Notes under the pieces: model-generated | Database searches by the model: none | Seen by the model: the letters and a program-made list of their open reading frames with translations, nothing else | What the model was told of the DNA's origin: nothing | Position numbers and translations under genes: made by a program | Shown: in pieces, positions 62,149 through 64,000 of the stretch | Layout of the letters: each line of letters opens with the position of its first letter | How positions within the stretch are numbered: position 1 is the stretch's first letter | DNA from: Candidatus Bathyarchaeota archaeon | GTDB taxonomy: Archaea; Thermoproteota; Bathyarchaeia; Bathyarchaeales; Bathycorpusculaceae | Assembly (NCBI GenBank): GCA_963815095.1 | Contig: CAWFFH010000003.1 | Location: forward strand, 64,001-128,000 | Direction of reading: 5' to 3' | DNA length: 64,000 bases

Positions 62149-62544
62149 TTAAGCTTTATGCTCGGTCGGTTTCACCAAAAGAAACATACCATCCATGCCT
62201 ACAACTTCGACGTCTTGACCACTGGCTATTTCGCCCTCTTTGGTTGTGGCTTCCCAAAACTCCCCCATCACGCGGATTTCACCTTTGGGCTTAAGATCTG
62301 TTGTTGCTACGCCTTTGGCACCGATTAATGCTTCTTTACCTGTTTTTACCCTCCTAAACTGAGCTTTAACTCCAACGTAGAAAATGACTGCAACAATCAA
62401 GGCAACAATTATGAGAGTTATTCCAAGAGTCACTTCAACCGAAACAGCTAACCCATAATAGGTTGTACCAGAAATTCCAGCGTAAAATAGAAACGCCGCT
62501 ATGGTTGCTAAGATGCCTGTGATGAAAGCCAATCCAGCGTGCAT
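62149..62544 (-). CDS. NfeD C-terminal domain protein
   Basis: Two TMs, TGKEALIG, L.PKG...GE.W. Confidence 0.88.
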   Translation of the reverse strand: MHAGLAFITGILATIAAFLFYAGISGTTYYGLAVSVEVTLGITLIIVALIVAVIFYVGVKAQFRRVKTGKEALIGAKGVATTDLKPKGEIRVMGEFWEATTKEGEIASGQDVEVVGMDGMFLLVKPTEHKA

Positions 62545-62695
62545 GTAAATTCCTTAAACTGTGATAGGTTGAATGTGCTTATAAGGTATTTCAGATAGCA
62601 ACCATCCAAGTTTTAAAAACCAATTTGCAGTTAGAAATGATAAAGAACACAAAATTTGGTTTAAGGTATATTAAAAAAAGAAGAAATTGTTTGTT

Positions 62696-62833
62696 TTAGT
62701 TCCAGCGCTCGTTTATGAATAATCGGAGCGATGGGTCTTCTCTTGGGACGATACTAAGTTGGAGCATTGGGGATGGTCGTCTGCGTAGTGGCGGCGCTGG
62801 CATGGGTGATGGTGGATCGATTTCTAATGGCAT
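62696..62833 (-). CDS. Small Pro-rich peptide, 45 aa
   Basis: ATG 8 nt after the htrA stop; MPLEIDPPSPMPAPPLRRRPSPMLQLSIVPREDPSLRLFINERWN; T-rich tract follows. Confidence 0.5.
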   Translation of the reverse strand: MPLEIDPPSPMPAPPLRRRPSPMLQLSIVPREDPSLRLFINERWN

Positions 62834-62841
62834 TTTGTTTA

Positions 62842-63774
62842 TCAGTCTTCTTCGCCTCCATGAACGGTTGGGACAATGCTTGTTTCGATTAGGCTCTCTC
62901 TGCGTATGATTGTTAAGGTGGTTTCCTTGTTAATGACATCTTCAGCGAGCAGTCTTGGGAGGTCGTAGAATTCGGTGACGGGTTTGCCGTTGAATTTGAC
63001 AAGTACGTCGCCCATAGCTAATCCTGCTTTGCGTGCGGGTGAGCCAGCTTCGACACTGAAAATCATAACGCCTGTTTCTTGTTCTAGGCCTGCTTGTTCA
63101 GCGATTTCTTCGGGGATTGCGACTGTGTTTGCGACTATGCCGAGGTATCCTCTTTGTGCGACTTTGCCTGTCATTAGGCGATCAGTGATAGCTTTTATTT
63201 TGTTTACTGGAATTGCGATGCCTCTTTGCCATACGTAAGCGGTGTTTATTCCGATTAGTCTGCCTTGGATGTCTATGAGTGGTCCTCCGCTGAAGCCGGG
63301 GTTTAGTTGGGCGTCGGTGGCGATGACGTTTTCCATTGCAGTTGATCCTCGCCAACCGCGGATGCTGCTGTTTACGCTGGTTACCATGCCGCTGGTTGCA
63401 GTGGGTTGATTTCGGTTGAATGGATTAGCCAGAGCCAGAACATATTGACCTACATTGAGTTTTTCTGAATCGGCTAGCTCTATTGGTGTAAATTCGCCTT
63501 TCTCGGCTTTGAGTACGGCTACGTCGTTGTATGGGTCGGTGCCCACTATTGTTGCGTTGAAGGTTTTTTCTCCTTGCCCAATTTTGATTGCATTGCACCC
63601 TTGAAGGACGTGGTTACAAGTAACTATGAAGCCGTCTTTGGTTAAGACAACGCCTGTGCCCCTTGACATTTGCGCTTTTACGCTAACAACTGACTCGGAA
63701 GTTATTTTGATGAGTGTGCTTGTTGCTTCTGAGAGCGATTTTAAGACTTCTAATGGGTTAACTAATTGAGTCAT
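62842..63774 (-). CDS. HtrA/DegP-like serine protease with one PDZ domain, no signal peptide
   Basis: TCNHV, DVAVL, TDAQLNPGFSGGPL, PDZ SPARKAGL..GD. Confidence 0.93.
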   Translation of the reverse strand: MTQLVNPLEVLKSLSEATSTLIKITSESVVSVKAQMSRGTGVVLTKDGFIVTCNHVLQGCNAIKIGQGEKTFNATIVGTDPYNDVAVLKAEKGEFTPIELADSEKLNVGQYVLALANPFNRNQPTATSGMVTSVNSSIRGWRGSTAMENVIATDAQLNPGFSGGPLIDIQGRLIGINTAYVWQRGIAIPVNKIKAITDRLMTGKVAQRGYLGIVANTVAIPEEIAEQAGLEQETGVMIFSVEAGSPARKAGLAMGDVLVKFNGKPVTEFYDLPRLLAEDVINKETTLTIIRRESLIETSIVPTVHGGEED

Positions 63775-63837
63775 ATTTTTCCCAGAAGTACTAATAGCCA
63801 AAAAGGTATTTGTTGACTAAGGAATAGGCAAAGTTAG

Positions 63838-63999
63838 TCACAAAGTTATGAGGGCATCATTGAGTCGCCATAGTAACCAACGTTTCTCGTCATAACTTGT
63901 CTTCTGGATTGTGAAGTTATGCAGAGTTTGCCGATATGCGACATTAGCTGGTAGGAAGCTTTCAATGCCAAGTTTAGGTTGTTGTTGGTTAAGAATTTG
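63838..63999 (-). CDS. Possible 3' end of a gene running off the window
   Basis: Open frame of 53 codons up to TGA at 63838. Confidence 0.3.
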   Translation of the reverse strand, partial: QILNQQQPKLGIESFLPANVAYRQTLHNFTIQKTSYDEKRWLLWRLNDALITL

Positions 64000-64000
64000 G

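Overview
Archaeal chromosomal segment, most consistent with Bathyarchaeia (TACK). The taxon call is inferred from RadA, an OB-fold SSB, aRqc2/NEMF, a CdvA-like coiled-coil protein, an EMC6-like protein, the pantoate kinase/PPAT CoA route, GGTG/GGAGG-type RBS and an archaeal tRNA-Lys. Most of it is housekeeping: uvrBAC, ssb, radA, udg, rSAM-dinB, pncB, nadX, metS, valS, glycosyltransferases, a P1B ATPase, katG and HtrA/NfeD/SPFH. The most notable items are: (1) a canonical TPP riboswitch whose P1 helix sequesters the RBS of thiT, with a coupled PurM/AIRS-fold gene that is a candidate thiamine-salvage kinase; (2) an RHH + CblS-like (degenerate PurM-fold) fusion that looks like a metabolite-sensing transcription factor, next to a CoA operon preceded by a 32-bp near-perfect palindrome; (3) a thiolase lacking its catalytic Cys and His, coupled to a DUF35-HMG-CoA synthase fusion; (4) a CysRS paralog with a remodelled Zn site; (5) a CdvA-like protein with a ~1,150-aa acidic tail that includes four 522-bp tandem repeats; (6) a family of variable-loop hairpins (AGWAGWA...TWCTTCTAAC), five at 66-381 and one at 41228. 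Four apparent single-base frameshifts suggest long-read indel errors. All calls come from reading the sequence by eye; no database searches were run.
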